A DNA stretch of 64,000 bases from Octopus sinensis (Eukaryota), in assembly GCF_006345805.1 (NCBI RefSeq), contig NC_043003.1:106702001-106766000 (forward strand), written 5' to 3'. The translations under genes and the position numbers were made by a program. This document shows, piece after piece, positions 1 through 13,612 of this stretch. A model generated the notes under the pieces. The model saw only the letters and a list, made by a program, of their open reading frames with translations, was not told where the DNA came from and did no database searches. Within the stretch, counting starts at the first letter, position 1; every line of letters starts with the position of its first letter.

Positions 1-904
1 CAACACCTGCTTTGGGAATCGAACCCACAATCACGCAATCATGAGTGCAACACTCCCTAACCACTGAGCCATGTGCCTTCACACATATATGTGCATGCTC
101 AGGCATGGCTGTGTAGTTAAGAAGTTTGCTTCCCAACCAAATAGTCTTGGTTCAGTTCCACTGCGTGGCATCTTGGGTAAGCGTCGTCTACTATAGTCCT
201 GGACCAATGAAAACCTTGTGAGTTGATGAGGTAGACAGAAACATGAGTGTGGATGTGTGTGTGTATATAATGGTGTTACCTTGTGTTGACATTGGATAAC
301 TGGTGTAAGTGAAGACTACTAATTTCCAATGTTCCATGAAAACATGTCTGGCCACGAGGAAATATTACTCTGCTCAGAAACAGGAAGGGCAACCAGGTAT
401 AGTAAACCTGCCCTAATAATTTCTGACCCATGCATAGAAAAGTGGATTTTTAAACAATGGTGATGAGAAAAAAGAAAAAATTGTGTAGATTCTGTTAGTG
501 AGAAGAGAAAAATGTATTTCTGATGCAGTCGTCATCATAAGGTCTTGGCTATCTACATTCTCACACTGCAAGTTTGAGAAAAATTTCGAACCCACTGGTG
601 GGCTTGAACTTCAAGACCGAAACCTTCAAGTCTACATACATCACTGGAGAAAAAGCAGTATTTCAAAGAGTGACATGTATGGAAGAAGATGAAGAGTGAA
701 CACAAATGAACTTCATTTTTTACAATTATTTCGGTAATTTTACATGTGTGTGAACAGTCACACAATATGTGGGTGTGGTTAAGCATATCAGGGTAGCATT
801 AAGGTGTACATCTTTGCCTTGTACAAAGAATATATATTTTGTGTTGCTTATGTAAAAGGTGGGAACATAGCAAAGAGTAAAAAAAAAAAAAAATGAAAAA
901 TGGT

Positions 905-1112
905 TAAAAAAAACACAAGGCGCAAAAATTTTAAGGAAGGGGCCAGTCGATTAGATCGACACCAGTACGCAACTGGTACTTAATTTATCGATCCCAAAAG
1001 GATGAAAGGCAAAGTCGACCTCAGCAGAATTTGAACTCAGAATGTAAAGACAGACGAAATACCGCTAAGCATGTCACCCAGAGTGCTAACATTTTTGCCA
1101 GTTCACCGCCTT
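905..1112 (-). mobile_element. SINE family B
   Basis: Reverse of the gactttgcctttcatcctttcggggtcgataaattaagtaccag core; another copy at 1660-1830. Confidence 0.85.
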
Positions 1113-3399
1113 GAACAATGATAAAATAAAACACAATGCCAATAATAATAAAACTAATTTCCGCGGTACAAGTGGAATTGATAAGAGAGAGGCCTGTAAT
1201 AAATCACAAATGTAAATAGTGGTAGATTTTGAAAATGTTACTTCCTGCCCCTTGATGATAAAAATATTAACAAGAGCACTCAGAGAGCACCAACCTGCAC
1301 CACGGCAACGCCAAAGTCCTCTCAACGATTAACCAGAGATAATTTTTAAATGAGGATATCTGAAATAAACTCGATTGCTCTCACAAACAAGAATACTACA
1401 TAGGAACACAACTGCTCTCAAAAATTATGTAAAAAAAAAACAGGAAAAATAATCCAGAATCCTTGTCAAGTATTGGATTGATCCCAAAATCTAATCAGTT
1501 TGTGCCAGTCATGAGGCCAAACATCCCTGGAAGTTTCATCTGAATCCATCCAGTGGATCTTGAGATATCTTGTCCATGGACAAACAAACAAACAAACATG
1601 ACTGAAAACAATGCCTTCGTTAGGGCAGAGATAATAACAACAACATCAATAAGAATGGTTTCAAATTTTGACACAAGGCCAGCAATTTTATGGGAGGGAG
1701 CTTAGACAACTACATCAACCCCAGAGTTTCACAGATACTTATTTTACTAACCCCGAAAGAATGAAAGGCAGAGTCGAGATTGACAAAATATGGCTGGGCA
1801 TTTTGTACAGCATGCCAACAATTCAACCAGTTCACCACCTTAACAACTATTAATAACAGACCTTTTGAATGGGATGGGTTACTCGACCTGAAGAAAATCC
1901 TAGCTGGGCCCCACTTGTAGGGTCATGCACTGTTTATCTTGATATGAGATCATTACATTGCTCACATATGGTTGTGATGCAGGTGTCTGGTGTACCCTTA
2001 TCAGGTAGGTGGTCATGATAGACATATTGGCCTTCATATATTTGTACCCCAGTGTCACTTTGATGGCATGTGCTGATCTCTCACACAATAATAAAATCTA
2101 CAATAAATATAAAACAAATATTAGAATATGATAAAAATAAAATATATTACAGAGATGTACTTGCATAGCAAGTGACCTGATCTGAGATCATTTGCTGGAA
2201 CGAAAACAATTGCAGCGTGGAAGGTGTTTATAAGCCATTTAAGAAACACACAAAAACGCTAGATTCACTTCAACATTTAAATTTAATTTGCCAAAATATT
2301 TTCATCGCTTTGGACCCATTCACTGACAAAATTCCATGCAGGAAACAAGAGCGTCACCCGCCGCCCACCGAAATTAGTCTCTAAATGTGCCCCTATTGAC
2401 ATTGGTGATTTATTACTAAGCAGCATTTTATCAGTGTTGCTTATAACAACAAGATTAGATTAGTTTTATAATTGTCATGATTGTTGAGGTCTTTATTATC
2501 ATTATAATTATTCTTGTACTCATTGTCTGTTTTCTCCCTGTATAACCAACACAAAATACATATCCTTCGCACTCCTGATGAAGTGCTACTTCAATATATT
2601 CAACCACAGACATATTGCGTAACTTTTATGTCAGGTGGCCAGAAACAACTGTAACAAATAATAAAGTTAAGCTACATTATATTTATACATACATACATTA
2701 CATACATACATGTAAATGTAAATACCTAAGGCAATGGCTATCAATAGAAATACTTAACAAAAGATGACTCAATATGTCTTCTGACATAATAAACTTCTTT
2801 CAATAGGCTTTATTTGCAAGTGAACAATAATATTGCTTATTATCACTGAAGGCAGTTGGTGGCAGGAGTAGAAGTCAGAGGAGGTGGATGACATTCTTTT
2901 CCTAAGGTTTGACACTCCTTTTGTTAACAAGAATGTTAGCCTGCACAAACCACCCTCCCTCTTCCTCCTAATGTTTCCACCCACCTCATGGTGTCTGTCA
3001 TGGCACACCCTGCAATAGAAGTGTCTATATACCTCATAGAATTTCCTGATGTCATATCGTAGATAGCAACATGAATTAGGGGCTCAACAATTTATAGGGG
3101 AACTTGATAGGTTCAGTTGTAAGGAGTAAAGGGATTTCTACCCTTTGCCTGAAAGGGAGGAAGAGAAAGTATTGTTATTGTTTGGGTTTACTTGCTGACA
3201 ATCCAAATGCCAAAACCAATTTCTCTGCTTTCTTTATTCTCATACAAAACACATATTCCTAATAATCTAGATTGCTTCAACTTAAAAACTAAATTTAACA
3301 AGCTTCAGAAAATTAATTTAACATCTCTTTTAAGGTCTGAAGGAAGACCATGAAAGAACAGTTAATTATGAGCTTAACTCATTAGTATTTCAACTGGCC

Positions 3400-3753
3400 A
3401 CATCCATCCTAAATATTCTTCCCGTTCTATGTCCAAGCTAATTTAGCACCTTCAAGACTATCATCTCTTCGGCCTCATGAAAGAGGGTTTGAGAGGCAAA
3501 CATTATTCTAGTGATGAGGAAGTGAAAACTGTAGTGAAGAAGTGGCTCAAAGAACAGTCAACAGAACTTTACAGTGCAGGGATACATGCTCTCATTCGAA
3601 GGTGGAACATTGCTACTGAAAGAAACGGTGACTATATTGAGAAGTAGGGATGTGATCCACAGAGGACCAGCTTTTGATGCAGGATACAGGTTCCTGCATT
3701 GGTAACAATACTTGTCCTAAACAAAATGGCATTACTTTTTGACTCACCCTCAT
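3400..3753 (+). mobile_element. Mariner (DD34D-type) transposon 3' fragment
   Basis: Translates to APSDYHLFGLMKEGLRGKHYSSDEEVK...RNGDYIEK*, followed by the TIR ttactttttgactcaccctcata. Confidence 0.85.
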
Positions 3754-5638
3754 AGTAATGGAGATGGACGCTTCAAAAGCTTAGTAGCCGGAGTAAGAGC
3801 ACACTAAAAAATGTTCAGGGAGCTATTACCCCTAAAATGCAACAAAGGGATTCTCTCTCTATAAGTGAAAGACTATATGCCACTCATGTACAAAGTGTGG
3901 AGTTATATACACACAGGCTAGAAGGGAATTAGGTAAATACAGTTCATTGAGGAGTTATGTTGAAGTGTACAAAAGATGGAGAAGTAATAATTTGAGAGAA
4001 GCAGTGTAAGAGGAATCAAGTAAAGTGGAGAGGGGGGAGGGAGGCTGTGCTGATTCAGGGATGTATGGAGGATAATAGTTTTGTAAAAAGAGTTTTGCTA
4101 AGTGATCCAAGTGAAATAAACTGGCAGAAGAGGAACCCATGAGAAGTGGCCAAATCCGATCTTAGGACATTGAACCACATGGAGAAGATAACAATGATGA
4201 CGAGTGTGAACTATGTGAACTAGGTTGTACGTATATGGGAGTTCCTAAGGACAGCTGATCTTCAGCTCCAACCAGTAGTGGCTTAGAAGAAAAGGATATA
4301 AAAATGATGATGACAATAATGATTGTGAGAGAGAGAGCATGTGCTGTATGTGAGAGAGAGCATGTGGTATATGTGAGTGAGAGAATGTGGTATATGTGAG
4401 TGAGAGAGAGAGAGAGCATGTGGCATATGAGAGAGAGAAAGAGTATGTAGTATATGCAAGAGCATATGTGTGTGTGATCTCAGTGTAACACTAAACTTAT
4501 AGGACACACCCATAAATATGAAAAAAAAGCTTCTCTACATGCCCTTAGCCTGCTGCACCCTAACAACCAGGTTAAAAAGTGGGGAACCAACTCAGAGACA
4601 ATGAATGTTCTCTCTTAGGAGAGAATAACCAAACATGATTTCTTATATTGGTTCAAGGCCATAAATTTGCTAATTGAAGCAATCCCCAGTTCACAGCTGG
4701 TATCTGATTTTTCTTTTTTCAGCAGAAAGAACATCAAAATCAACACAAATGAGGTTTCAAGTTAAAATAGACAGAATATAAAGTGACACCAAAGTGCCAG
4801 GTAGGGGTGTGTTGGTCACATGGGGTGGGATTTGAACTCTTAATACAGAGAACCAGAACAACTACTTTCAGATATCTGAAACAATGTTCTGACAGTTCCA
4901 TTACTTCACTGTCTTTGACTGGTACTTTTTATTGACCCTGAAAGGATGAACAGCAAAGTTGACCTTGACAGCATTTAGAAGAGTAGAGTTGAGGAAAAGT
5001 TGGCTGCTAGTTCATGCAAGTCATACCACAACATAGAAGTTACCTCGTTGGTTAGCTTTAATATTGTTAATAATTCAAACCCAAACATTGTAGAGGATAT
5101 GGTATAGTTAAGAAGATTAATCTCCAGTAAATAACTGGTATTCATTCAGACTCCAGGGAACTAAAACGGTAAAGCCAGCCTTGGTAGGGTTTTGAGCTTT
5201 GGAATCTAGAGAGCTAAAAATAAATGCCACAAGGTATTTATGCAAGCATTTTTCTATTCTGCCACACCTAGCTTTTAAATTCTTATCTAATAATGAAATC
5301 ATACTCTAAATGTAATATTTAAACGGTAATAGGTTTTAGGCTAACTATTATAACTTAATTTGATTTTGAGTAACACTATTAGTGTTCCACCATGTAATAA
5401 AAATAAGAGATTTGTTGGAGAAATATACGTTGAAGAGTGGATGTTGCATAAGAACACAATCATGTTATAACAGCAAAGACTGTACTTAATGTCAAACCTA
5501 TAATCATTAACCAATTCCATAAGCAGTCTTTATTACTACTTACAGGAGAAGAAAGTCAAGCTATCATGCCTTAATTTGAAAACTTCTTCAAAAGAGTAAT
5601 CACTTGCAACAGATCGAAGAATTTTATTGAAGAAACAT

Positions 5639-5704
5639 TTACTGAATACACTGTTCATTTTGAACAGTATAATTCAGCTTTATTCTCCCTTTTCCAATAT
5701 AATA
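5639..5704 (-). CDS. Candidate terminal coding exon (YYIGKGRIKLNYTVQNEQCIQ*) of an unidentified multi-exon gene
   Basis: Acceptor tttcatcttcaag|; phase 0 matches the upstream 7490 donor; ends in TAA. The 3' end of the gene is ambiguous. Confidence 0.3.
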   Translation of the reverse strand, partial: YYIGKGRIKLNYTVQNEQCIQ

Positions 5705-7489
5705 CTTGAAGATGAAAGAACTTTTGAATAAATTTATACATGAAAGCACACACATACAAACAAATACAAACACACACACATTCAAATGGAACAAGAAAAT
5801 GAAAATAGATGCAAGGTTTCAATTAAAAAAAATTGGCTTTTTTTTTTGCAATTAAAAAATTATTATCAACATAACAGCTTTTTTTTTTATTTTTGCTTGG
5901 CATGGGTTTGAATACAATAGGTGTCCATACATCTCACCATTACAAAAAGCCCGACTAACCATCAAAAGGCCAAGATACCTACTTATTGCCCCACCCAAGT
6001 CTCCCTTATCTTAATTTTTCTAGTCTCTTATCTATTTTCATCCATTCATGTCCAAAATATATTATAAGTAACATCATTTAACCACTAAGCCACTTTCTAG
6101 ACGATGTTTTTGGTTTTATAATATTATTGGCTAAACTGGCAACATGACTATTCCTAAATACAACAACATGTTTCAACACACGATTTCACATCAAGAATCT
6201 TGCAAAACAAATATATAAACGTAGTTATTATTATAGTTTAGTCAAAAAAGGAAGGGTAATGTCCATGATTATTGCATGACTTGGAGCTGGTAGGAAAAAG
6301 AGAAGAAGCCACAACACAAAGGGTCGCTTGCTAACCCTTCTTTCAATCAGTTACAGTGAGTGAGTCTGCCAACAAATAGGACAGCTTCCCAAGGCATTCC
6401 TCTTGCAGACAAGACTTTGTCAATGCTGATAGAAGCTTTTACTAATTAGAACATAGGCTTCGTCTGTAAATGATTAGAAAGGAACAAACTAAAGTGATGG
6501 TATGTTGTCATAAGGACACAGAAAATGTGTCATGGCCAGCTGGAAACAACGCTTCCTGGGGCTAAATAACAGTAGCATTCTTCCCTTTCATGGGACTGTC
6601 ACATTAAGTTGACAACATACAATCACTTTATCGTGCTGCTACTCTATAAATCACTCCGAGAGATTTAGAAATGTATTATTTCTAGGAACAAACTATTATT
6701 GTTTTTTAAATTTTTATAAGCAAAAAGTAAGGCCATTATCTAAGCATTCTGCAAGAACTACCTGAATCATCATCATTGTTTTATGTCCATTTTCCATTCT
6801 AATGACTTATGCATGCATTGCCTGTTTTTCATCTTCAATCTCCTTATTTATTTACATCTGACATCTTGTACACAAAACGTAATAGAAATAAAATCAGTGC
6901 TAACTATAATTTCTGTAGAATTTCCCATAGAGATAACCTTAAATGATTTTCTATGCTGTCATGGGTTGGATGGTTCGACAGGAGCTGACAAGCCACAGGA
7001 CCCTGTACCTAACATCAATATCTACTTTGACATGGTTTCTACAGCTGGATGCCCTTCCTAACACAAAATCTCAACTATTCTTTTTAGTGCAAAAATGAGA
7101 GTCCAAAGAATTTCGACCGGTTGTCTTATAAGGGTTAATAACAGCATGAATTCTGACTTTGCTGTCTAAATGCCATTGCCGTATTTCCACACTTCTAACA
7201 TCATCTAATCTATATTTTGTATGAATGGAGAAGTTACAGATTCTCTAAATTTCTCTCAGCCTAATTAAATAGATTTCCAGTTTCCTCTCCACAGATAATT
7301 ATGTAACAGAAGCTGTTTAATAGGTTCTCAAAGATCAGAAATTCTTCAAATAAAAACTTCACAAGCTTTTTACTGTATAAACCATTACTCTAAACAACAT
7401 AAAAACGCTGTTATCATTCTGTACTGTTTGTGCATTCATCAACTGCTGCAATGATTGAATAAATATATAAAGTTGTTACCGCTAACTAC

Positions 7490-7547
7490 CTTCCTTGCTG
7501 CATACCAAACATTGGCAATTTCTCTAAAGTCATTTGATTTTACAAGG
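7490..7547 (-). CDS. Candidate exon (LVKSNDFREIANVWYAARK)
   Basis: aattatag| acceptor, AAG|gtagtt donor, 58 nt, phase 2->0, open frame. Confidence 0.45.
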
Positions 7548-8176
7548 CTATAATTCGATCTATTAGTTTATCACGTCTCCATTTATTAATTAGAGAAAAC
7601 AATATCAAAGACATTAAACTGAGCTCAGAATCGAAAATGATGTAACCAAATGCCAAAGTTATTTTGTCCAACATTCTGCCAATTCTACTATCTACTCAAC
7701 ATAAAAAGTTTTATAACCCATCAGGCTCACTGTAGAGACTTGAACCATCTATCTATAACTTGCAAAGACTATGTTACCAATTACACTATTTATTGTATTC
7801 TAAGACTCATGGAAATAAAACTGTCATACAATTTCCCTCTCATAAATACAAGACATATCTATATTTGGTAACATTACCCTTAATGGTAACTGGAAGTAAC
7901 AGAATATAAAGAATTATCTCTAAAGACTTTTGTCATTATGTCAAGGGACCCAAAGAAAACCAGCTCTAATTAGATTAATGTCTAACCAATGGTGTGCAAA
8001 GTACCATTACTTTTATGGAGAATAATACTAAAAAACTGTGTTTGCTCTTGTAGACTGGTGTGATTGCAAAAATGATATCAATCATACAATGATATCATTA
8101 GATTATGCTTAGTATAAAAACAAGCAGCAAATCAAAGCAAGGTGCAACAACAGCTATGCCTTGCAATCTCTCATTA

Positions 8177-8389
8177 TTAACCCTTTCGTTACTGTATTTA
8201 TTTTGAGATGCTCTGTGTTTCTGCCAATTATTTTAAATATAACAAAGAATTTAGTAAAAAATCACCATTATCACTAAGCTAGTGTTAGGAACATAAATTG
8301 TGACTAAGGTTTGGTGGAAGATTTGAATTCAAAACTTATGAAAACAAGACATTTATACTAAAGAGCCAGGTTGACAACAAAAGGGTTAA
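8177..8389. mobile_element. piggyBac-like MITE (TTAA-CCCTT ends)
   Basis: ttaaccctttcgtt...aaaagggttaa; the same body recurs at 12.9, 13.2, 14.5 and 18.0 kb. Confidence 0.8.
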
Positions 8390-9491
8390 TTTGGATATCT
8401 CTCAAAAAGTTCAAAAAGAAAGACAGAATAATTGTCTTTAATCAGGTATTATAATTGCCACATTCATGTACAAACGTTTAAGGTTGTGATTGAACACAAA
8501 AACTCCTATTTCACATGTGGTATGTAGCTAGATATCATAAGAAACTCTGGGGCAAATTTTCCAATACAGAGAGAATAGTGAAGACTAAAGCAGCAGAATA
8601 TTATGTGCTGAGAATTGAATCAATAGCCTTGAGAGACTTTCACTCTATATGGCTGCTGATATTACAAATATTATTTAAACTGCTATGACAGAATACAAGG
8701 CTATGACAGAAATAAAGGTTTGCAAGCTAATGAAGGAAGAACTCTCACAAGGTTGCTTGAACTGTTAGAAATAGCAACCAAATCACCTTCAAATTACACT
8801 AATGTCTTTAAAAAGATATGGGAAGTATATTGGATAATACAGTCTGAAATAAACTGTGTCAAGAAAGAAAAAAAAGAATGGTTACAGCTTGAAAGTCTTT
8901 GTCAAAAAGTCTATTCAATTAGGATTAATTTAGGGCTAAACAACATGATTAAGATTCATAAGTGAAGCAACTTAACAAAACTGCTCAAATTAGTATTTTA
9001 CAAACTTGTTCTGCTCTGGTCCTTTTCTCTTATATTTTATCCATCTCCACTCATTCTTCTACTGTAAAGTTGCCTCCGACTCCTTAGGGTTTACAGTCTT
9101 GCAAATTGCATAACCTCACTAGTATATAAAAAAAAAAGGAAACCAGTACATGCTGGCTGACATTAAGAAGAGCATCCAGCCATGGAAACCATTCCAAAGC
9201 AGACACTGAAGCATAATGCAGTCCTTGAATATGTCACATCCTGTCAAACCATCCAACCATGCCAGTATGGAGCATGAATGTTGAATGATGAAAAATAAGG
9301 GTAACTGGATAAAAAAGTCAACAGCAGTATTAATTACAAAAAAAAATTAACCTCAAAAATGTTCACACGTATTCAGAAGAAGGCTCTTATTGCTGCAATC
9401 ATGACAAAATATTTCTGTCAAATCATCTTTTCTAGGAATCTTGTCAAAAGCAATGACAGAGCAATTTTGAGAAATTACTTTCTGTTGATAC

Positions 9492-9539
9492 TAACAACCT
9501 CTACAGCATTTAAAAGCTACTGCACCATTTTCTAGAGAG
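9492..9539 (-). CDS. Candidate exon (SLENGAVAFKCCRGC)
   Basis: Strong acceptor tgtttattcttccag|, donor TTA|gtatca, 48 nt, phase 2->2. Confidence 0.4.
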
Positions 9540-9679
9540 CTGGAAGAATAAACATATATGTATTACTGGCACTTGAAATAAAGCACCAAGAGGTACCATG
9601 ATTTTGAAATTTGGAATTTTTTGTACATCAATAATAGTTAACATACACAAACACATACGAAAAAAAGGGGGGATATAGG

Positions 9680-10065
9680 CAGAGACATGGTTGAGTGGTT
9701 AAAAAGCTTGTTTGGTAACCATATGGTTTGGGGTTCAGTCCCACTGTGCAGCACACCTTTGGTAAGTGTCTTTGCTACAGCTCCAGGTTGACCAATGCTT
9801 TAGGAGTGAATTTGAAAGCTAGAAACTAGGTGGAAGCTTGTTGTTTGAAAGTGTGTGTGTGTGTGTGTTTGTCCCATCCATTGCTTGTGTTATTTTGTTT
9901 ATGTCCCCATAACTTAGAGGTTCAGCAAAAGAGACTGATAATATAAACACTAGACTTAAAATAAGTACTGGGTTGATCTCTTCAACAACAAAAAAAAAAA
10001 CCTCCAAGGAGGTACCCCAGCATGGCCGCAGTCCAATAACTGAAAAAAGTTAAAAGAATATTCTA
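9680..10065 (+). mobile_element. SINE family A (tRNA head, CORE-like ccttgggcaagtg domain)
   Basis: Diverged copy of the consensus seen at 27645. Confidence 0.8.
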
Positions 10066-10150
10066 CATATCAGTAAAAAGAAAAAAGTCATTAATTCGTT
10101 AATACACCTGCTAGAAATATTATTGTTAATTAGTTGTTATTGCTAATTAC

Positions 10151-10255
10151 CAGTTACGTATTACTCCAAGGACATATACATGTTCAGCTTGGCCATTATG
10201 TTCTTTGACTGGCCATTTTGAACATTTCAAATTGAACCCAAGGCAATCATCAAAT
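10151..10255 (-). CDS. Candidate exon (FDDCLGFNLKCSKWPVKEHNGQAEHVYVLGVIRN)
   Basis: Acceptor tttgtatgttttgtgctag|, donor CTG|gtaatt, 105 nt fully open, protein-like composition; best exon in the window. Confidence 0.55.
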
Positions 10256-10527
10256 CTAGCACAAAACATACAAATAAAACTGAAAACAAATAAAAGTTAG
10301 GAAAAAACACACAAACACACCCAAAACCTCTTTAAAAAAAAGACGGACGTTATAATTCTCTAATTTCAAACCAACGCAGGAGACTCCAGTCATACAACCT
10401 ACTAAAAATAACCTTTAAATGCCCAACACACCTTAAATAAAAATAATTTAAAAAAACAGAAATGAAAAAGAAAGTGGATAATGTAGTCCTAGATAAACTA
10501 TGTCTGAAGAAAAACACACTAAAAAAC

Positions 10528-10577
10528 ATTGGTCTTGGCTGGTCCGCATTCATCATAAGTCTGACTAGATCATGGGT
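10528..10577 (-). CDS. Candidate exon (THDLVRLMMNADQPRP)
   Basis: Acceptor ctctcattttaacag|; weak donor AT|gttttt; phase 0->2 bridges the flanking exons. Confidence 0.35.
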
Positions 10578-11309
10578 CTGTTAAAATGAGAGACAACCTG
10601 GGAGCTAAACAGCAACAACAACAACAACTGCTGGTTTCTAATTTAACTGAATAACAAGAAGATTTAGAAGTGGAAATTCTTATTTGTTAGCAAAACATGT
10701 CTTGAAGGATGATGTCATTTGCATGTAAGCATGGCTGGAATAGAAGTGAACTCCGTGAAAATGTTATTTTAGGACAGAAGCTTTTAATGCACCTATCAAG
10801 AATTTGATGAACAAAGAATATTACAAGGTTCCAAAATAAATAAATAAATAAATAAAATTAACAATGATAATAAATTTAGGCATGTAATCAAGACCAACAT
10901 TTCTGTTAAGGAGGAGTGTTGTACTGAAGTTGAAGCACAATATCCTCTAAAATATTTGTTCCTGATAATTTCGTAGTTGATTCATCATAGTTGCTAGTTC
11001 AGAATGATGTAAAGGAATGTGGAAGTTGAGTGGTGATGAACAGATACAGAAAGAATAGTAATACTACACACACAGACACACACACTAATGTATATGCTAA
11101 TACTACTAATACAAACAAGCATGCATGACTCATGTACTTGGGAAGAAGCAACATGCTGATTGTGAAAGCTTTTCCATGCCACTAAGGATTAAGCTGAAGA
11201 AGACCTGGCTACTGATCCAGTGATTCAGAGAGACGATCCTTTTTATAGCTGTTGAAGAACTGTACCAGTTCTTACTGGAATCCTATGCATCAGCAATATA
11301 ACTTTATAC

Positions 11310-11384
11310 CTGTACACTAAGAAGGGAGGAATTCATTTCAAAGATAGCATTTATCACAGAGTCTGACACTGATTGCTCTAAGAA
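11310..11384 (-). CDS. Candidate exon (FLEQSVSDSVINAIFEMNSSLLSVQ)
   Basis: Acceptor aattctttgtttag|, donor CAG|gtataa, 75 nt, phase 0->0. Confidence 0.55.
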
Positions 11385-11494
11385 CTAAACAAAGAATTAT
11401 GGAAGGCAAAGCAGCCGATGCAAATAAACGACTATGTAATCATTTGAGAGAATGGCACTTCATATCCTCACGTTACTAATCCTGTATTGTATTA

Positions 11495-12031
11495 TATGAG
11501 GGTGAGTCAAAAAGTAATGCCATTTTTGTTTAGGACAGGTATAATTACCAACACAGGAACATGTATCATACATCAAAATCATACATCCCTACTTCTCAAC
11601 GTAGTCACCGTTTCTCTCAATAGCAATGTTCCACCTTTGAATGAGAGCATGTATCCCTGCCCTGTAAAATTCTGTTGACAGTTCTTTGAGCCACTTCTTC
11701 ACTACAAAGTCAGAGGGACAACACCTTCTTTCGAAGGCTCGTAACAAACAGGTGATGAAACATGGGTCCATCATTATGAACCAGAATCAAAGAGGAAGTC
11801 AATAGAATGGCGCCTCTCTACGTCACCACCACCGAAAAAGTTCAAGATACAAAAGTCAGCAGGAAAAATCATGGCGAATGTTGTTTGGGATGCTCAAGAT
11901 GTCATTCTTGTCGATTTCTTGCCAAAAGGTAAAACAATAAACTCATAAGCTTCATTTTGATGTATGATAACATATTCTTGTGTTGGTTATTATACCTGTC
12001 CTAAAACAATTGCCATTACTTCACCCTCGTA
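11495..12031. mobile_element. Non-autonomous mariner with TIRs and an internal inversion
   Basis: About 90-bp TIRs; transposase C-terminus on minus (11589-11700) and DETWVHHYEPESK...DFLPKGKTIN on plus. Confidence 0.9.
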
Positions 12032-12157
12032 TTATAGTCTATACATAACATACAATAATTTCTCAGATAGTTCAGTTCAACTATTATTAAAGGTTTCATA
12101 CGACATATTTTTATTTCTTTATTGACCACAGGGGGCTAAACAAGGATAAAGGGATAA

Positions 12158-12541
12158 AGGCGGCGAGCTGGCAGAATCGTTAGCATTATTTCGTCTGCTG
12201 TTACATTCTGAGTTCAAATTCCGCCGAGGTCGACTTTGCTTTTCATCCTTTCGGAGTCGATTAAATAAGTACCAGTTACGCACTGGGGTCGATGTAATCG
12301 ACTTAATCCGTTTGTCTGTCCTTGTTTGTTCCCTCTGTGTTTAGCCCCTTGTGGGTAGTAAAGAAATAAGGCTACAGGGATTAAGTTGATTACATCGACC
12401 TAATGCATAAATGGTACTTATTTAATCGACCCCAAAAGGATGAAAGGCAAAGTCAACCGCGGTGGAATTTGAACTCAGAATGTAACGGCAGATGAAATAC
12501 CACTAAGCATTTCGCCCTGCATCCTAACGATTCTGCCAGCT
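12158..12541. mobile_element. Two family B SINEs tail-to-tail
   Basis: Plus copy 12158-12368, minus copy 12369-12541. Confidence 0.9.
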
Positions 12542-12918
12542 CAGATCAAAAATATTCTAACCATTATCAACTCGTCTTATTTTTACTTTCTTTCAAACCC
12601 AATCTGTTTCTGATAAAGGGACATCTCATCTTTTAACATCACAGCAAATTAATGTATTCTTTCTTGGAGAATTGTTTGTATTTACTATCTGCCAATGCAG
12701 TCAAAATTCAGAAAAATTAAAACAACCCGAGTTATGCGCCTTGCAATTAGGATACAACGACTTTTGCAGTGTTATCTACCATTTGACCATGTGGTCAGTG
12801 ATCAAAGCAGCTAAACTTTTTGGCCACTGCATTGCTTCTCAAGAACTAGCAACCATGTATTCTCTTGAGCTACTTACTCTCAATGCAATGATAACTCAAC
12901 AAATTCACATTTGTAATG

Positions 12919-13144
12919 TTAACGCTTTCGTTACCGTATTTATTTTGAGATGCTCTGTGTTTCTTTCAATTAATTTTAAATATAACAAAGAATTTAGTAA
13001 AATAACTTATCATTAAGCTAGTGTTGGGAACATAAATTGTGACTAAGGTTTGGTGAAAGATTTTAATTCAAAGCTTATGAAAACAAGACATTTGTACTAC
13101 AAAGCCAGAGCTAGTTTCAGCCAGGTTGATGTCAAAAGGGTTAA
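12919..13144. mobile_element. piggyBac-like MITE
   Basis: Same family as 8177-8389; TTAA at both ends. Confidence 0.8.
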
Positions 13145-13165
13145 GAATTGTTTCTCTATTATATT

Positions 13166-13390
13166 TTAACCCTTTTATTACCATATTTCTGTTAAGATGC
13201 TCTCTGTTTCTTTCAATTACTTTAAATATAACAAAGAATTTAGTAAAATAACTTATCATTAAGCTAGTGTTGGGAACATAAATTGTGACTAAGGTTTGGT
13301 GGAAGATTTTAATTCAAAGCTTATGAAAACAAGACATTTGTACTACAAAGCCAGAGATGGTTTCACCCAGGTGGGTACTGAAAGGGTTAA
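13166..13390. mobile_element. piggyBac-like MITE (adjacent second copy)
   Basis: Same family; TTAA ends. Confidence 0.8.
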
Positions 13391-13399
13391 ACTTATATT

Positions 13400-13612
13400 C
13401 AACCCTTTAGCATTTAGACCAGCCATAACCAGCCCAAAATATTCTCTTTGTTTTTATGTTCAAACTGGCCAGATCAGGCCTCTTACACCTACACTACAAT
13501 GTCCTTGTAAAAATACGCAATCAAAGCTTCAAGATAATGCCAGATTAATTCAAAACAATGTGAATAAATAAGCATTTCATTTGACTGATTAATCTGAATG
13601 CTAAAGGGTTAA
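13400..13612. mobile_element. Second piggyBac-like MITE family
   Basis: aaccctttagcatt...aatgctaaagggttaa inverted ends. Confidence 0.65.

Noticed and set aside
2575-2653. CTGATGA...GAAACAACTGTA hammerhead-like spacing
   Set aside because: Core and palindromic stem III resemble a hammerhead, but no convincing stem I or stem II pairing could be found.
2936-3009. Minus-strand terminal-exon candidate CAMTDTMRWVETLGGRGRVVCAG*
   Set aside because: Good acceptor, but it cannot be linked unambiguously to the exon chain; similar candidates exist nearby (e.g. about 3335).
5117-5233. Phase-compatible exon SLDSKAQNPTKAGFTVLVPWSLNEYQLFTGD*
   Set aside because: Sequence is a decayed family B SINE.
11190-11292. 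Plus-strand peptide AEEDLATDPVIQRDDPF/VEELYQFLLESYASAI
   Set aside because: Needs a frameshift, has upstream stops and no recognisable homology.
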